The position numbers and the translations under genes were made by a program. The notes beneath the pieces are model-generated. The model did no database searches. It saw only the letters and a list, made by a program, of their open reading frames with translations, and was not told the DNA's origin. From Marinilabiliaceae bacterium (GTDB lineage: Bacteria > Bacteroidota > Bacteroidia > Bacteroidales > VadinHA17), in assembly GCA_036350795.1 (NCBI GenBank), contig JAZBNV010000046.1, forward strand, positions 3,089-67,088: a DNA stretch of 64,000 bases, given 5' to 3'. Positions 1 through 10,129 of the stretch are shown here, one piece after another. The stretch's first letter is position 1, and every line of letters begins with the position of its first letter.

Positions 1-74
1 TTCCGGATAAACGCATAGTATGACCTGAAAATCAATGCATAGGCATCCAGGAGGAAGAGTTTGTTATTTGACAT
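1..74 (-). CDS. polA: DNA polymerase I, 5' end (runs off the window)
   Basis: Not in the ORF track. Reverse complement of 1..74 reads MSNNKLFLLDAYALIFRSYYAFIR, the typical 5'-3' exonuclease N-terminus of Bacteroidetes PolA. Confidence 0.9.
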   Translation of the reverse strand, partial: MSNNKLFLLDAYALIFRSYYAFIR

Positions 75-165
75 ATAGATAGTTGTTTAAAGTTGTTCAA
101 AAGCAATATTTTAAGCACTTCCTGTTTAAACCAAGAAGATCATGCAAAACCATAAAGCTATTATA

Positions 166-612
166 TTAATTATCTGATGCAAACCATTCTGCATATGAAG
201 TAGCTGTTTCAAACAGCTTCAGGTTGTGGAGGCTCACCCCGGCAGGAAGATGCGGCATAATTATCCTGGCAATATCGTCAACCAGGTTTTCGCATGTTGG
301 CTGGTAGTCTACCGTAATAATATTACCGAACATTTTATCAAGTGCCTCTATTCTTTCTCTGTCGCCCGATTTTTCGACCACAACACTATGGTCAAATCGT
401 TTCACAACTTCACGGTTTACTATTTTTTTTAAATCACCAAAGTCAATAACCATTCCATACTTCGGATTTTTCCTGTCGGTAAGTGGTTCTCCTATCAGTG
501 TAACAAATAACCTGTACGAATGCCCGTGTACGTTCTTGCATGGTCCGTCATAATTCCATAATGCATGTGCCATTTCAAAAGAAAATTCTTTTGTTACTCT
601 TATCCTGCTCAT
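166..612 (-). CDS. queD: 6-carboxy-5,6,7,8-tetrahydropterin synthase (queuosine biosynthesis)
   Basis: FEMAH and CKNVHGHSY motifs; C-terminal PTCEN and ETATS motifs. Confidence 0.9.
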   Translation of the reverse strand: MSRIRVTKEFSFEMAHALWNYDGPCKNVHGHSYRLFVTLIGEPLTDRKNPKYGMVIDFGDLKKIVNREVVKRFDHSVVVEKSGDRERIEALDKMFGNIITVDYQPTCENLVDDIARIIMPHLPAGVSLHNLKLFETATSYAEWFASDN

Positions 613-635
613 CTTTTCGCTAATTGATTGTTATA

Positions 636-643
636 CAAAAATA
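636..643 (-). promoter_or_regulatory. Bacteroidetes sigma70 -7 element (TATTTTTG) for queD
   Basis: CAAAAATA on the + strand equals TAnnTTTG on the - strand, 24 nt upstream of the start codon. Confidence 0.5.
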
Positions 644-747
644 ACCAATAATGAACAGTATTGTTAAGTATATACAGGCATTAATTTTCCAATGCTGATG
701 TTTTGCTACAGTATTTACCTATTTTTACGCCCTCATAAAATTAATTA

Positions 748-1977
748 ATGAAATTCACCGAGTTTAAAATACATGAAGATCTGCTGAATTCAATCTCCTA
801 TATGGGTTTTGAAGAGGCCACCCCGGTTCAGATAAAGGCAATCCCTGTAATCCTTGAAGGAAAGGATCTTATTGCCTGTGCACAGACAGGTACAGGAAAA
901 ACCGCAGCATTTGTTCTTCCCATCCTCGATCGCATTGCCCGGGAGCGATATAGCGGAACCAGTACACTGATTATAGTACCCACAAGAGAGCTGGCCATTC
1001 AGATCGACCAGCAGATTCAGGGAATAGGATATGTGCTGGGCCTTAATTCAATAGCAGTATATGGCGGAGGTGACGGGGAAGACTGGGGCCTTGAAAAAAA
1101 GGCACTTAGCTCTGGTGCAGATATAATAGTTGCTACTCCGGGTAAATTGATCTCGCACCTTAATATGGGATATGTTAAGTTCGATAAAATAAAACACCTG
1201 GTTCTTGACGAGGCAGACAGAATGCTCGATATAGGATTCTTTGAAGACATCATAAAGATAATTTCCTTCCTGCCAAAACAGAGACAAACCCTTATGTTCA
1301 GTGCCACAATGGCCCCTAAAATAAAAAAACTTGCAGCACAAATTCTTGTCGACCCCTTCGAAGTAAGTATTGCCGTATCCAAACCGGCCGAGGGGGTATT
1401 ACAGGCAGCTTATCTTGTATTCGACAACCAGAAGCCCGGCCTGATAGATTATCTTATCTCAGACAGACCTGATTATGAAAGTATCCTGATTTTCTGTTCA
1501 ACAAAGAAAAAAGTGGCCGAAATAGCAAGACTGATTAAAAAAACTGAAAAAGAAACTGAGTCTATTTCATCGGATCTTGAGCAGTCGGAGAGAGAAAGGG
1601 TAATGTTACGATTCAAGGCCAGGAAGACCAGGATACTGGTTGCTACAGATGTATTAAGCAGGGGTATTGATATAAAAGACATTAACCTGATAATTAATTA
1701 TGATGTGCCGGGTGATGCAGAAGATTATGTACATCGTATTGGTCGTACGGCAAGAGCCGACGCTACCGGTGTAGCACTTACTTTCATTAATCCCGACGAC
1801 ATGTATGCTTTTTCGAAAATAGAAAAGCTAATTGAGAAGGAAGTCTATAAAATCCCCTTACCCCCGGAGCTGGGAGAGGGACCTGAATGGAAAGTAAGCA
1901 CGAGCCCCGGAAGAAATTACAGGAAAAAACAAGGAAGACCTAAAGGTAAGCAACACGGATATAAAGCAGGAAAATGA
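748..1977 (+). CDS. DEAD-box ATP-dependent RNA helicase (RhlE-like)
   Basis: Q motif TPVQ, AQTGTGKT, PTRELA, DEAD, SAT, HRIGRTARA; basic C-terminal tail. Confidence 0.95.
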   Translation: MKFTEFKIHEDLLNSISYMGFEEATPVQIKAIPVILEGKDLIACAQTGTGKTAAFVLPILDRIARERYSGTSTLIIVPTRELAIQIDQQIQGIGYVLGLNSIAVYGGGDGEDWGLEKKALSSGADIIVATPGKLISHLNMGYVKFDKIKHLVLDEADRMLDIGFFEDIIKIISFLPKQRQTLMFSATMAPKIKKLAAQILVDPFEVSIAVSKPAEGVLQAAYLVFDNQKPGLIDYLISDRPDYESILIFCSTKKKVAEIARLIKKTEKETESISSDLEQSERERVMLRFKARKTRILVATDVLSRGIDIKDINLIINYDVPGDAEDYVHRIGRTARADATGVALTFINPDDMYAFSKIEKLIEKEVYKIPLPPELGEGPEWKVSTSPGRNYRKKQGRPKGKQHGYKAGK

Positions 1978-2735
1978 ATAGAGTCAGAACACTTATTATT
2001 TCTTTTATTTTTATAGCCTTTCTGAACCCTTTTGCCAGGTCGCAGGCCTATGTATCTGTTAGCGACCTTTGTTACCAGGCTTATACAAAAGGCAAGGTTG
2101 AATTGTGGGAGCAGGCCTTATCTTCTGCAGTGGAGATGCACCAGGGCACAGACTCCGATAGTAGCCTGCATCAGTTAATTCTGGTTCAGTATGGTTTTAC
2201 GGCTTATTGTATTTCGGAGAAACAAAAAGAAAGGGCAGAAGAAATACTGGCAGCAGCATATGGTAATCTGGATTACCTTATGGCTAAAGATGCTGAAAAC
2301 GCAGAATATATAGCCCTGAAAGCTGCTTTTCTGGCTTTTGAGCTGAACATACACCCACTTAAAATGACAAAACTGGCGCCGGCATCAATTGAACTGACAG
2401 ACCTGGCCTTTAAAAAGGACTCCAGCCTGCTTATGTCGCTCTCATGCAAGGCCAATATGCTGAATTTTACACCCAGAATTTTTGGAGGTAATCCCGACAG
2501 GGCCATACCTTTCTATTATCGTATAATTGAACTATTTGAAAATGAGGATGTTTATACTAAAAACGACTGGAGGTATATTAATACGCTGGTGATACTTGCA
2601 GATACCTATAATAAAAAGAAAATGTATAATGAGGCCTGTGGTGTATATGAGAGAATAATTAAACACGACAGTACAATAAACTGGGTAAATAATAAATTAT
2701 ACCCTGAATGCAGGGCAAAGCTTGAAAATGAGTAA
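1974..2735 (+). CDS. Secreted helical/TPR-like hypothetical protein
   Basis: Signal peptide (RS/Q), Ala/Tyr-rich helical repeats; ATGA overlap with the helicase stop. Confidence 0.6.
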   Translation: MNRVRTLIISFIFIAFLNPFARSQAYVSVSDLCYQAYTKGKVELWEQALSSAVEMHQGTDSDSSLHQLILVQYGFTAYCISEKQKERAEEILAAAYGNLDYLMAKDAENAEYIALKAAFLAFELNIHPLKMTKLAPASIELTDLAFKKDSSLLMSLSCKANMLNFTPRIFGGNPDRAIPFYYRIIELFENEDVYTKNDWRYINTLVILADTYNKKKMYNEACGVYERIIKHDSTINWVNNKLYPECRAKLENE

Positions 2736-2785
2736 TATAAGTTATCGCCCTTTACTCTAAAAAACCGGATATCAAAAATAATGGC

Positions 2786-2793
2786 TAGCTTTG
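2786..2793 (+). promoter_or_regulatory. -7 element TAGCTTTG for the acyl-CoA ligase gene
   Basis: Exact TAnnTTTG match. It overlaps the TTG used by the ORF track, so the true start is ATG 2821 or 2830. Confidence 0.55.
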
Positions 2794-2820
2794 CAGGGCC
2801 ATACATGTATCACAATAACG

Positions 2821-4479
2821 ATGAAAGCAATGGAAAATAAAATATTAACAATTAAGGATATACTTGAGCATTCCGTAAATAAATTCGGAGAAAGAAATGC
2901 TTTTTCTTTTATTGACGAGGAAGCCATCACTTACGAAAAAACAGGTAACACTGTAAAGTCTTTGCAGCTCTTACTCGAAAAACTGGATATCAGCAAGGGA
3001 GACAGGGTAGCAATATACGCCCAGAATATGCCAAACTGGTCGATAAGCTATTTTGCCATTGCTGCCATGGGAGCAGTAGTGGTACCAATACTCCCCGACT
3101 TCTCGGTTGAAGAAGTCGGTAATATACTGAATCATTCAGAAGCCTCGGCAATATTTGTTTCGGAAAACCTTGCCTCAAAGACGGCAGAAATAAATCTAAA
3201 AATTCCTGTTATAGGAATTGAAGATTTTAATCTTATTTCAGGTGCCGGGACGAATATTGAATATAATGAAAAGGAATTTTCTTCATTAACATATAAGGTC
3301 GATCCCGAGGATCTTGCGGCTATCATCTACACCTCGGGCACAACAGGCAAGTCAAAAGGAGTAATGCTTTTAAACAGGAATATTGCTTCCAATGTGCATC
3401 AATCAAAAGGGATGCAGGACATCAATGAATACGACAGGTTTATTTCTCTCCTGCCCCTGTCGCATACCTTCGAAAATACTGTTGGCATGCTGGTTCCCTT
3501 TATGAGCGGTGCAAGTATTACCTATCTTAAAAAGCCACCCACTGCCCCTGTTCTGCTTCCTGCTCTTGAAAAAATCAAGCCAACAGTACTGGTATCAGTG
3601 CCCCTGATTATTGAAAAGGTCTATTTCAGCAAAATCAAGCCCACATTAACTGCCAATAAATTAATGAGCACCCTGTATGCCTTTCCCCCGGTGCGAAAAG
3701 TACTGCACAGCCTAGCAGGCAAAAAGCTCTATAATACCTTTGGCGGACAGCTTAAATTTTTTGGTATTGGAGGAGCCAAGCTTAACAGGAAGGTTGAGCT
3801 ATTTCTGAAAGAAGGAGGCTTTCCCTACGCAATAGGATACGGTCTTACCGAAACTTCACCTGTGCTTGCCGGTATGGTTCCGCGGAATAAATACAAGCTT
3901 CAGTCAACCGGTACAGCTGTTGAAGACGTGCAGCTAAAAATAAATAATCCCGACCCAAAAACAGGTGAAGGAGAAGTATGGGCAAAGGGTCCGAATATTA
4001 TGAAGGGTTATTATAAGGAACCGGGCTTAACATCAGAAGTTCTGACTGAGGATGGCTGGTTCAGAACAGGTGATCTTGGAGTATTTGACAGGAACAATTA
4101 CCTTTCAATTAAAGGAAGACTTAAGAATGTAATTATTGGTGCTAGTGGTGAAAATATTTACCCCGAAGAAATAGAATCAGTAATAAATAATTTTAAACAT
4201 GTTATTGAATCGCTTGTAATCCACCATAAGGGTAAACTCGTAGCTCTGGTCCATATTAACAGGGAAGAACTTGAGGAAAAATACAGGGACTTCAAGGAAG
4301 AAATGACGAAAAAAGTTGAGGAGAGTATAGAAGAAATACTTGCAGAACTTCATCACCAGGTAAATACAAGAATAAGTAAGTTTTCAAGACTTCATAAAGT
4401 TGTATTACAGCCTGTTCCGTTCCAGAAAACAGCTACAATGAAAATTAAGCGCTATTTATATCACCAGGTAGAGATTTAA
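2821..4479 (+). CDS. Long-chain-fatty-acid--CoA ligase (AMP-binding, FadD-like)
   Basis: YTSGTTGKSKG, GYGLTET, GWFRTGDLG, GENIYPEEIE; start moved from 2791 to the first ATG. Confidence 0.9.
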   Translation: MKAMENKILTIKDILEHSVNKFGERNAFSFIDEEAITYEKTGNTVKSLQLLLEKLDISKGDRVAIYAQNMPNWSISYFAIAAMGAVVVPILPDFSVEEVGNILNHSEASAIFVSENLASKTAEINLKIPVIGIEDFNLISGAGTNIEYNEKEFSSLTYKVDPEDLAAIIYTSGTTGKSKGVMLLNRNIASNVHQSKGMQDINEYDRFISLLPLSHTFENTVGMLVPFMSGASITYLKKPPTAPVLLPALEKIKPTVLVSVPLIIEKVYFSKIKPTLTANKLMSTLYAFPPVRKVLHSLAGKKLYNTFGGQLKFFGIGGAKLNRKVELFLKEGGFPYAIGYGLTETSPVLAGMVPRNKYKLQSTGTAVEDVQLKINNPDPKTGEGEVWAKGPNIMKGYYKEPGLTSEVLTEDGWFRTGDLGVFDRNNYLSIKGRLKNVIIGASGENIYPEEIESVINNFKHVIESLVIHHKGKLVALVHINREELEEKYRDFKEEMTKKVEESIEEILAELHHQVNTRISKFSRLHKVVLQPVPFQKTATMKIKRYLYHQVEI

Positions 4480-6857
4480 ATTAAATCGTATTTAATTCCC
4501 GCCTTTGTTTCGAGCTCAAATTCCCTGTCGCGGTATTTCAGGGTCAGGGTTCCTCCTGCTGCAGATCCGACTTTCAGATCTGTAATTTCTCCTTCTTTCC
4601 ACTCTATATCCACAACAAAGCCACCCCTTGCACAAAGACCCTTTACCGAACCGTTTTCCCATCCGGGCGGAAGAGCGGGTAAAACCCTTATATAAGCTTC
4701 GTGCGATTGCATCAGCATCTCTGCAATGCCTGCAGTAGCTCCGAAATTGCCATCAATCTGGAACGGAGGGTGCTGATCAAAAAGATTTGGATTGGTGCTT
4801 TTTGAATATAGACTTTGCAGATGAGCTGCTGCAGCTTCACCATCCAGTAAACGGGCTGCAAAATTAACCATCCAGGCCCGCGACCAGCCTGTATGACCAC
4901 CCCCATGCTCAAGTCTCTTCTTTATAGTAGCTGCAGAAGCAGCAAAAAGCTCCTTATCGTCAGGGCTAATCTGTGCAAAAGGATGCAAAGCAATTAAATG
5001 AGACATGTGTCTGTGACCTGGTTCTGCCTCCTCATACTCTTCAATCCATTCCATTATTGTACCATCGGCCCCTATCCTTATCGGAGGGATCAATGGCAGG
5101 GCTGCTTCTATTTCTGCTCTTAAAGAATCAATATTACCCCCGATATCCATAGCTTTTAAAGTGCTGCCAAGAACTTCTCTTACTATACTTGAATGATAAG
5201 TTGATCCCTTTGTTATTCTGAGTATTTCTCCTGTACCAGGATCAATAAAGCTATTTTCAGGTGAGGTAGACGGCACTATCACCAGCTTACCACTTTCGTC
5301 CTCAAGCATATAATCAAGCAGAAATCTCGAGGCCCCTTTCAGTAGTGGTAGTGCGTAATCTTCAAGATAATCCTCGTCAAGGCTATACTCATAGTGCCTC
5401 CATGTAGTTAATGACATCCAGGCACCGGGCAGTGGATCGAGCGAGCCATTCATAAATTGTGATTGTATCGTAGAGGCTGATGGTGTGGAACGACCAAAAG
5501 GATTTGTTGCCGTATACAGCATCCAGCCATCAGAATTGTATAATTTGCCGGCACTTATCCTCCCTTTTTCAGCGGCTTTGCTCAGCCACCTTGTAAGCGG
5601 CATAACAGTCTCCGGCAGGTTACATACATCGGCAGGCCAGTAATTCATCTGCAGGTTTATATTAAGGTGGTAGTCGGCCTCCCAGGGAGCCCACATCCTG
5701 TCGTTCCAGATGCCCTGCAGGTTTAAGGGCAGGGTTCCCGGGCTTCTCGACCCCGACATAAGCAAATACCTGCCATAATTAAAATAAAGAGCATTAAACT
5801 GCGGGTCTGCCTTACCCTGGGCAACAGCCATAAGCCTTTTATCTGTCGGCATTCTGCTTATTTCAGTTGTGTCGAGTGATAATTCCACACGATTAAACAG
5901 GCGCGAGTGTTCTTTTTCATGGTACATCCTGATTGCCTGGTAGCTTTTTGCTTTTATCCGGCGCAAAATATCTTCAATCTCTTCCAGGGGTTTGAGCGAC
6001 CTGTCAAAATTCATTTCTTCCAGCTTGTAGTCAGTAGCAGCCGTAAAAAATAATACCAGCCTGTTGCAGCCTGAAAACAAGAGACTGTCTCCTTTGCTTT
6101 CTGTTTTCCCACCACTGGCTCTTGCAATCAGTTTGCCTGCAAACTTCATATGTTCTCCCCCCGGCCCTGAACCTCCGGGGTTATCATCATAAGCTTCGGG
6201 TGCTTCAATATCTATTATCTGGCCACTCATTACCAGGGTATCCTTAAGCGACCTGAAAACAGCATCCTTTTCTCTTTTAATTCTAACAGAGCCACTAACA
6301 GAGTTTTGTGTGTCGGAACTGATTCTCACCACCAGCACATTATCAGGAGCAGAAATAAAATATTCTTTCAGGTATTTTATACCTCCCGTTTTATAGGTCA
6401 CTTTTACAACTCCGCTAACAAGATCCAGTTCCCTGTAATAATCTGTATAATTCTCATTATGCAACATATCAATTTCGATATTGCACAGGGGCTGGTATGA
6501 TCTGAAAGAAGTTGGTTTAGCGGTGAGTTTTTCGAGACCTGTTTTTTTTGCTTCAGAAATTTTACCCTCCAGCACAAGTTTCTGAACCTCCTTTATTCCT
6601 TCCGCGAATTGATCAGGATAGGCTTCAAAGGGCTCCCCGGCCCAGAGGCTCTCTTCGTTAAGCTGCAAAATATCTTTATCAACACCACCATAAACCATCG
6701 CACCCAGCCTTCCATTACCAAGGGGCAGTGCCTCCAGCCACTCTCTGGCAGGCTGCTCATACCACAGGGTGGTTGAGCTGGATTCATCATTCCTGATATC
6801 GGCGACACAGGACTGAAAAAACAGAAGTATCAGGGAAAAATAATGTAAGTACTTCAT
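4476..6857 (-). CDS. Glycoside hydrolase family 95 (alpha-L-fucosidase-like), lipoprotein
   Basis: EALPLGNGRLGAM, YGRYLL, YHLNINLQMNYW, HRHMSHL, HPPFQIDGNFG; lipobox FQSC after MKYLHY. Confidence 0.9.
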   Translation of the reverse strand: MKYLHYFSLILLFFQSCVADIRNDESSSTTLWYEQPAREWLEALPLGNGRLGAMVYGGVDKDILQLNEESLWAGEPFEAYPDQFAEGIKEVQKLVLEGKISEAKKTGLEKLTAKPTSFRSYQPLCNIEIDMLHNENYTDYYRELDLVSGVVKVTYKTGGIKYLKEYFISAPDNVLVVRISSDTQNSVSGSVRIKREKDAVFRSLKDTLVMSGQIIDIEAPEAYDDNPGGSGPGGEHMKFAGKLIARASGGKTESKGDSLLFSGCNRLVLFFTAATDYKLEEMNFDRSLKPLEEIEDILRRIKAKSYQAIRMYHEKEHSRLFNRVELSLDTTEISRMPTDKRLMAVAQGKADPQFNALYFNYGRYLLMSGSRSPGTLPLNLQGIWNDRMWAPWEADYHLNINLQMNYWPADVCNLPETVMPLTRWLSKAAEKGRISAGKLYNSDGWMLYTATNPFGRSTPSASTIQSQFMNGSLDPLPGAWMSLTTWRHYEYSLDEDYLEDYALPLLKGASRFLLDYMLEDESGKLVIVPSTSPENSFIDPGTGEILRITKGSTYHSSIVREVLGSTLKAMDIGGNIDSLRAEIEAALPLIPPIRIGADGTIMEWIEEYEEAEPGHRHMSHLIALHPFAQISPDDKELFAASAATIKKRLEHGGGHTGWSRAWMVNFAARLLDGEAAAAHLQSLYSKSTNPNLFDQHPPFQIDGNFGATAGIAEMLMQSHEAYIRVLPALPPGWENGSVKGLCARGGFVVDIEWKEGEITDLKVGSAAGGTLTLKYRDREFELETKAGIKYDLI

Positions 6858-6906
6858 TGAATTATACATTAAGTCAATTTATGAATCAGCTCAGACTCTT
6901 TATCCA

Positions 6907-8505
6907 TTACTTTTGCTGCTTCTTGTCAGGAATAAACGACATAGCCCTTTCTGATATAGCCACTATGCTAAGGGCCGGATTTACTCCGGGGTTTGCAGAT
7001 ATCACTGATCCGTCACAGATCAGCATGTTTTTGTATCCAAACACCCTGTTACGGCTGTCAATAACTCCTTCTGTGGCATCTTTACCCATTACGGCACCTC
7101 CAAGTATATGTGCAGTAGAAGGTATGCCTAATAGAGGCTCCTGTGCCATTACATGAGGTCGCCCGTTTGCAAGGCGTCCGAACCTTTTAGCCAGGTCTTC
7201 AGCTTCAGGCATAAATGGAGTGGGACTATCTCCTGCCTGGACCGACGATTTAAGTCCAAACCTGCCTTTTCTAAGTCTTAATGTACTGTCAAGGTGCTGC
7301 ATAAATAAGAGTATCTGTGTTCTGGCAGCAAAATTTCTTATAAACAATAATTTTATTGAACGAAGAGGGCTGCCAAACCACAGCAGCATCATTTTAAAAA
7401 TCCTTACAAAAACATTCTTTCCAAGAGTAAAGGGCAGCATTGTAATTCTCCAGAAGCCCGAGCCTTCTGCATACCTTACGGGTTCAAGGTGACTGTTTTC
7501 ATCTGTATGCAGTATTGATCCTATAGCTATTCCCTTTGAAAAATCCTTGCTTTTATCAAGGCTTACCACGCCAATCAGGCTTTCGTTGTTTGTCCTGATA
7601 TCCTTCCCGAGCATATCAGAGATACCCGGAAGGCTTTCTTTTTTAAGACTGTGCATAAGACTGACAGTACCAAGAACACCCCCGGCGAAAATAATTCCTC
7701 CTGCCCTGATGCTATAATGTCTTTTTCGTATCCCGAAAGAATTACGGTAGCTAACAATATAGCCCTCTGAGCCATCTTTACTGCCTCCGGGCAGAATACC
7801 TGTTACCGTATTTTCTGCCAGTATCTCTGCTCCCTTTTTTCTTGCCAGCCAAAGGTAATTTCTATCGAGGGTATTTTTTGCTCCGTGCCTGCAACCGGTC
7901 ATGCAGCCTCCGCAGAAAGTACATCCGCTAACATCCGGGCCTTCACCTCCGAAATATGGATCAGGAACAGGTTTTTCTGCTTCACCAAAGTTCACGGCCA
8001 CCCTGGTGGCTTCGAAATATTCTTCACGTCCCAGCTCTGCTCCGAGCTTCTTAAGCAGAAGATCTCCGTCTTTCAGCTCAGGATTCTGTTCAGCACCAAG
8101 CATTTTCCAGCCCAGCTTATAATAGGGTTCCAGCTCTGTTTGCCAGTCGCACAATTTTGCCCAGCTGCCCGATTTAAAGAATTGTTCCCTGGGTATGGGA
8201 AGTGTATTGGCATAAACCAGCGAACCTCCTCCCACACCGGTACCTGAAAGTATTGTTGCATGCCTTAAAAAGGTGATCTTCATAATTCCCCTGAAACCCA
8301 GGAAGGGTACCCATAGCCAGCGCCTGAGGTTCCAGTTTGTTTTCGGGAAATCGTCTTTCCCGAACCATTTCCCCTTTTCGATTACCAGTACCTTATATCC
8401 TTTTTCTGAAAGCCTCAACGCACATACCGAAGCTCCAAAGCCTGAGCCGACTATAACATAATCATATACTTTAGCTCCCCCGGCCTGTACCCCGGCGACT
8501 ACCAT
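6907..8505 (-). CDS. GMC-family FAD oxidoreductase, cholesterol oxidase ChoD-like
   Basis: GSGFGA FAD motif, GVGGGSLVYAN, CTFCGGCMTGC, AHILGG, DGS..NPGVNP. Confidence 0.8.
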   Translation of the reverse strand: MVVAGVQAGGAKVYDYVIVGSGFGASVCALRLSEKGYKVLVIEKGKWFGKDDFPKTNWNLRRWLWVPFLGFRGIMKITFLRHATILSGTGVGGGSLVYANTLPIPREQFFKSGSWAKLCDWQTELEPYYKLGWKMLGAEQNPELKDGDLLLKKLGAELGREEYFEATRVAVNFGEAEKPVPDPYFGGEGPDVSGCTFCGGCMTGCRHGAKNTLDRNYLWLARKKGAEILAENTVTGILPGGSKDGSEGYIVSYRNSFGIRKRHYSIRAGGIIFAGGVLGTVSLMHSLKKESLPGISDMLGKDIRTNNESLIGVVSLDKSKDFSKGIAIGSILHTDENSHLEPVRYAEGSGFWRITMLPFTLGKNVFVRIFKMMLLWFGSPLRSIKLLFIRNFAARTQILLFMQHLDSTLRLRKGRFGLKSSVQAGDSPTPFMPEAEDLAKRFGRLANGRPHVMAQEPLLGIPSTAHILGGAVMGKDATEGVIDSRNRVFGYKNMLICDGSVISANPGVNPALSIVAISERAMSFIPDKKQQK

Positions 8506-9428
8506 TGCTCGAGTATCTGTATTCTTTCAGCAATAGGCGGATGCGTGGCAAACATTGAAGAAAAAGAAGCTTTTTTCTTTTTATCTCCCGGATTTTCAAT
8601 AAACATCTGTGCTACATCCTGTCGCGTTACCGCTTCAATTCTTGCATCCGAAGAAACTTTCCTGAGAGCTGAGGCAAGTGCCCCCGGCTTATGAGTCAGT
8701 TCGGCAGCTCCGGCATCAGCCATATACTCCCTCTTGCGCGAAAGTGCAAAACGAAACAGGGTCGAAAGCAGCCATCCAATTGCTGCCAGCAGCATTATAA
8801 TTACAAGGGCAGCACCATTTTTATTATTCCGCCTTCCTCCGCCGTACATAAAAGTACGCAAAAGGGCCTGTGTGATAAAAGCGAATATACCCACAAAGAC
8901 TATCGACACGATAAGCAACCTCACATCCCTGTTTCTGATATGCGTTAACTCGTGTGCTATAACTCCTTCCAGCTCATCGTCATCCAGCTTATCAATTATA
9001 CCCCTCGAAAGAGAAATTGTATAGCTTTTATTACTAATTCCGCTTGCAAAAGCATTCAGGCTGTCGTCTTCAATAATATTAACTTTTGGCATCTTTTGTC
9101 CAACCGACATACATAGATTCTCAACCAGGTTATAAACTCTCTTGTTTTCTGTTCGTTCGAGAGGACGGGAGCCGGTAGCGCGGTTTATCATTGTGCTATG
9201 CGAAAACCAGGCAATAATAAACCACAAAGCAACGGCTACGGTTACAAGCGGTAGAGTGCGAAGAGAACTTTGAACAGGATTGGATATTACATCCTCTTCC
9301 TGGAAAAAATCAAAAAGGAAATAGAACACAAAAACAAGGGCATAGAATACAAGTGGGAACATAATGAGCAGAAGCACAGACCTGAAATTATTCTTCCAGA
9401 TCTGTGATTGTAGTCCTACATATTTCAT
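8499..9428 (-). CDS. htpX: HtpX-like M48 membrane zinc metalloprotease
   Basis: NAFA, HELTH (HExxH), REYMAD, THPP motifs and TM segments. Confidence 0.85.
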   Translation of the reverse strand: MKYVGLQSQIWKNNFRSVLLLIMFPLVFYALVFVFYFLFDFFQEEDVISNPVQSSLRTLPLVTVAVALWFIIAWFSHSTMINRATGSRPLERTENKRVYNLVENLCMSVGQKMPKVNIIEDDSLNAFASGISNKSYTISLSRGIIDKLDDDELEGVIAHELTHIRNRDVRLLIVSIVFVGIFAFITQALLRTFMYGGGRRNNKNGAALVIIMLLAAIGWLLSTLFRFALSRKREYMADAGAAELTHKPGALASALRKVSSDARIEAVTRQDVAQMFIENPGDKKKKASFSSMFATHPPIAERIQILEQW

Positions 9429-9434
9429 TTCTTA

Positions 9435-9998
9435 CTAGTTAAAATCAACCCTGGGAGGCTCCTCCATTTGTTCCCTTCTCTCACCGAGATCGAACATGGG
9501 CTCCTTCTTAAAACCAAACATACCTGCCACAATGTTTGAAGGAAAAGATTCAACTGCTACATTAAGTTCTTTTGTAGCAGAATTAAAGAAGCGTCTTACG
9601 GCTGCCAGTTTATTCTCAACATCAGATATTTCTTCCTGGAGATTCATAAAATTCTGATTTGCCTTCAGGTCAGGGTAGGCTTCTACGGCTATCTGTATAC
9701 CTCCCAGTGCACTTGAAAGTGCAGATTCTGCAGCAATTTTTTCATTTATTGACCCGGCCCCCATGGCTCTTGCCCTGGCATTGGTTACCTCGGTCAGCAA
9801 ATCCTTTTCATGCTTCATATATCCCTTCACGGTGTCAACCAGGGTAGGAATAAGATCATGACGCTGACGTAGCTGAACATCAATGTCGGCAAAAGCATTT
9901 TCACGGTTGTTCCTTAGTCTTACCAGCCTGTTATAAGCAGAAATAAGAAAAAGACCTATAAGAACAACCAGTACAATTACAATAATTAATCCTGTCAT
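9435..9998 (-). CDS. lemA: LemA family protein
   Basis: N-terminal TM, YNRLV, RHDLIP, EAYPDLKA, EDVENKLAAVRRFFN, FPSN. Confidence 0.92.
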   Translation of the reverse strand: MTGLIIVIVLVVLIGLFLISAYNRLVRLRNNRENAFADIDVQLRQRHDLIPTLVDTVKGYMKHEKDLLTEVTNARARAMGAGSINEKIAAESALSSALGGIQIAVEAYPDLKANQNFMNLQEEISDVENKLAAVRRFFNSATKELNVAVESFPSNIVAGMFGFKKEPMFDLGERREQMEEPPRVDFN

Positions 9999-10129
9999 AT
10001 TATCTATATTTAGTAAAGATCAAAAATATGAATTTAAGATGAAAAGGGGAAAGTTAAATCACTAATATGGATATCTGGCGAAATTTAGATATTTTTCAGG
10101 ATAGAAGAAATATATAAATCCACGGGTAA

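Noticed and set aside
613-747. Possible preQ1 riboswitch before queD, and purine or NAD riboswitches before ade and nadA
   Set aside because: No recognisable aptamer motifs; the queD -7 box leaves only about 20 nt of leader.
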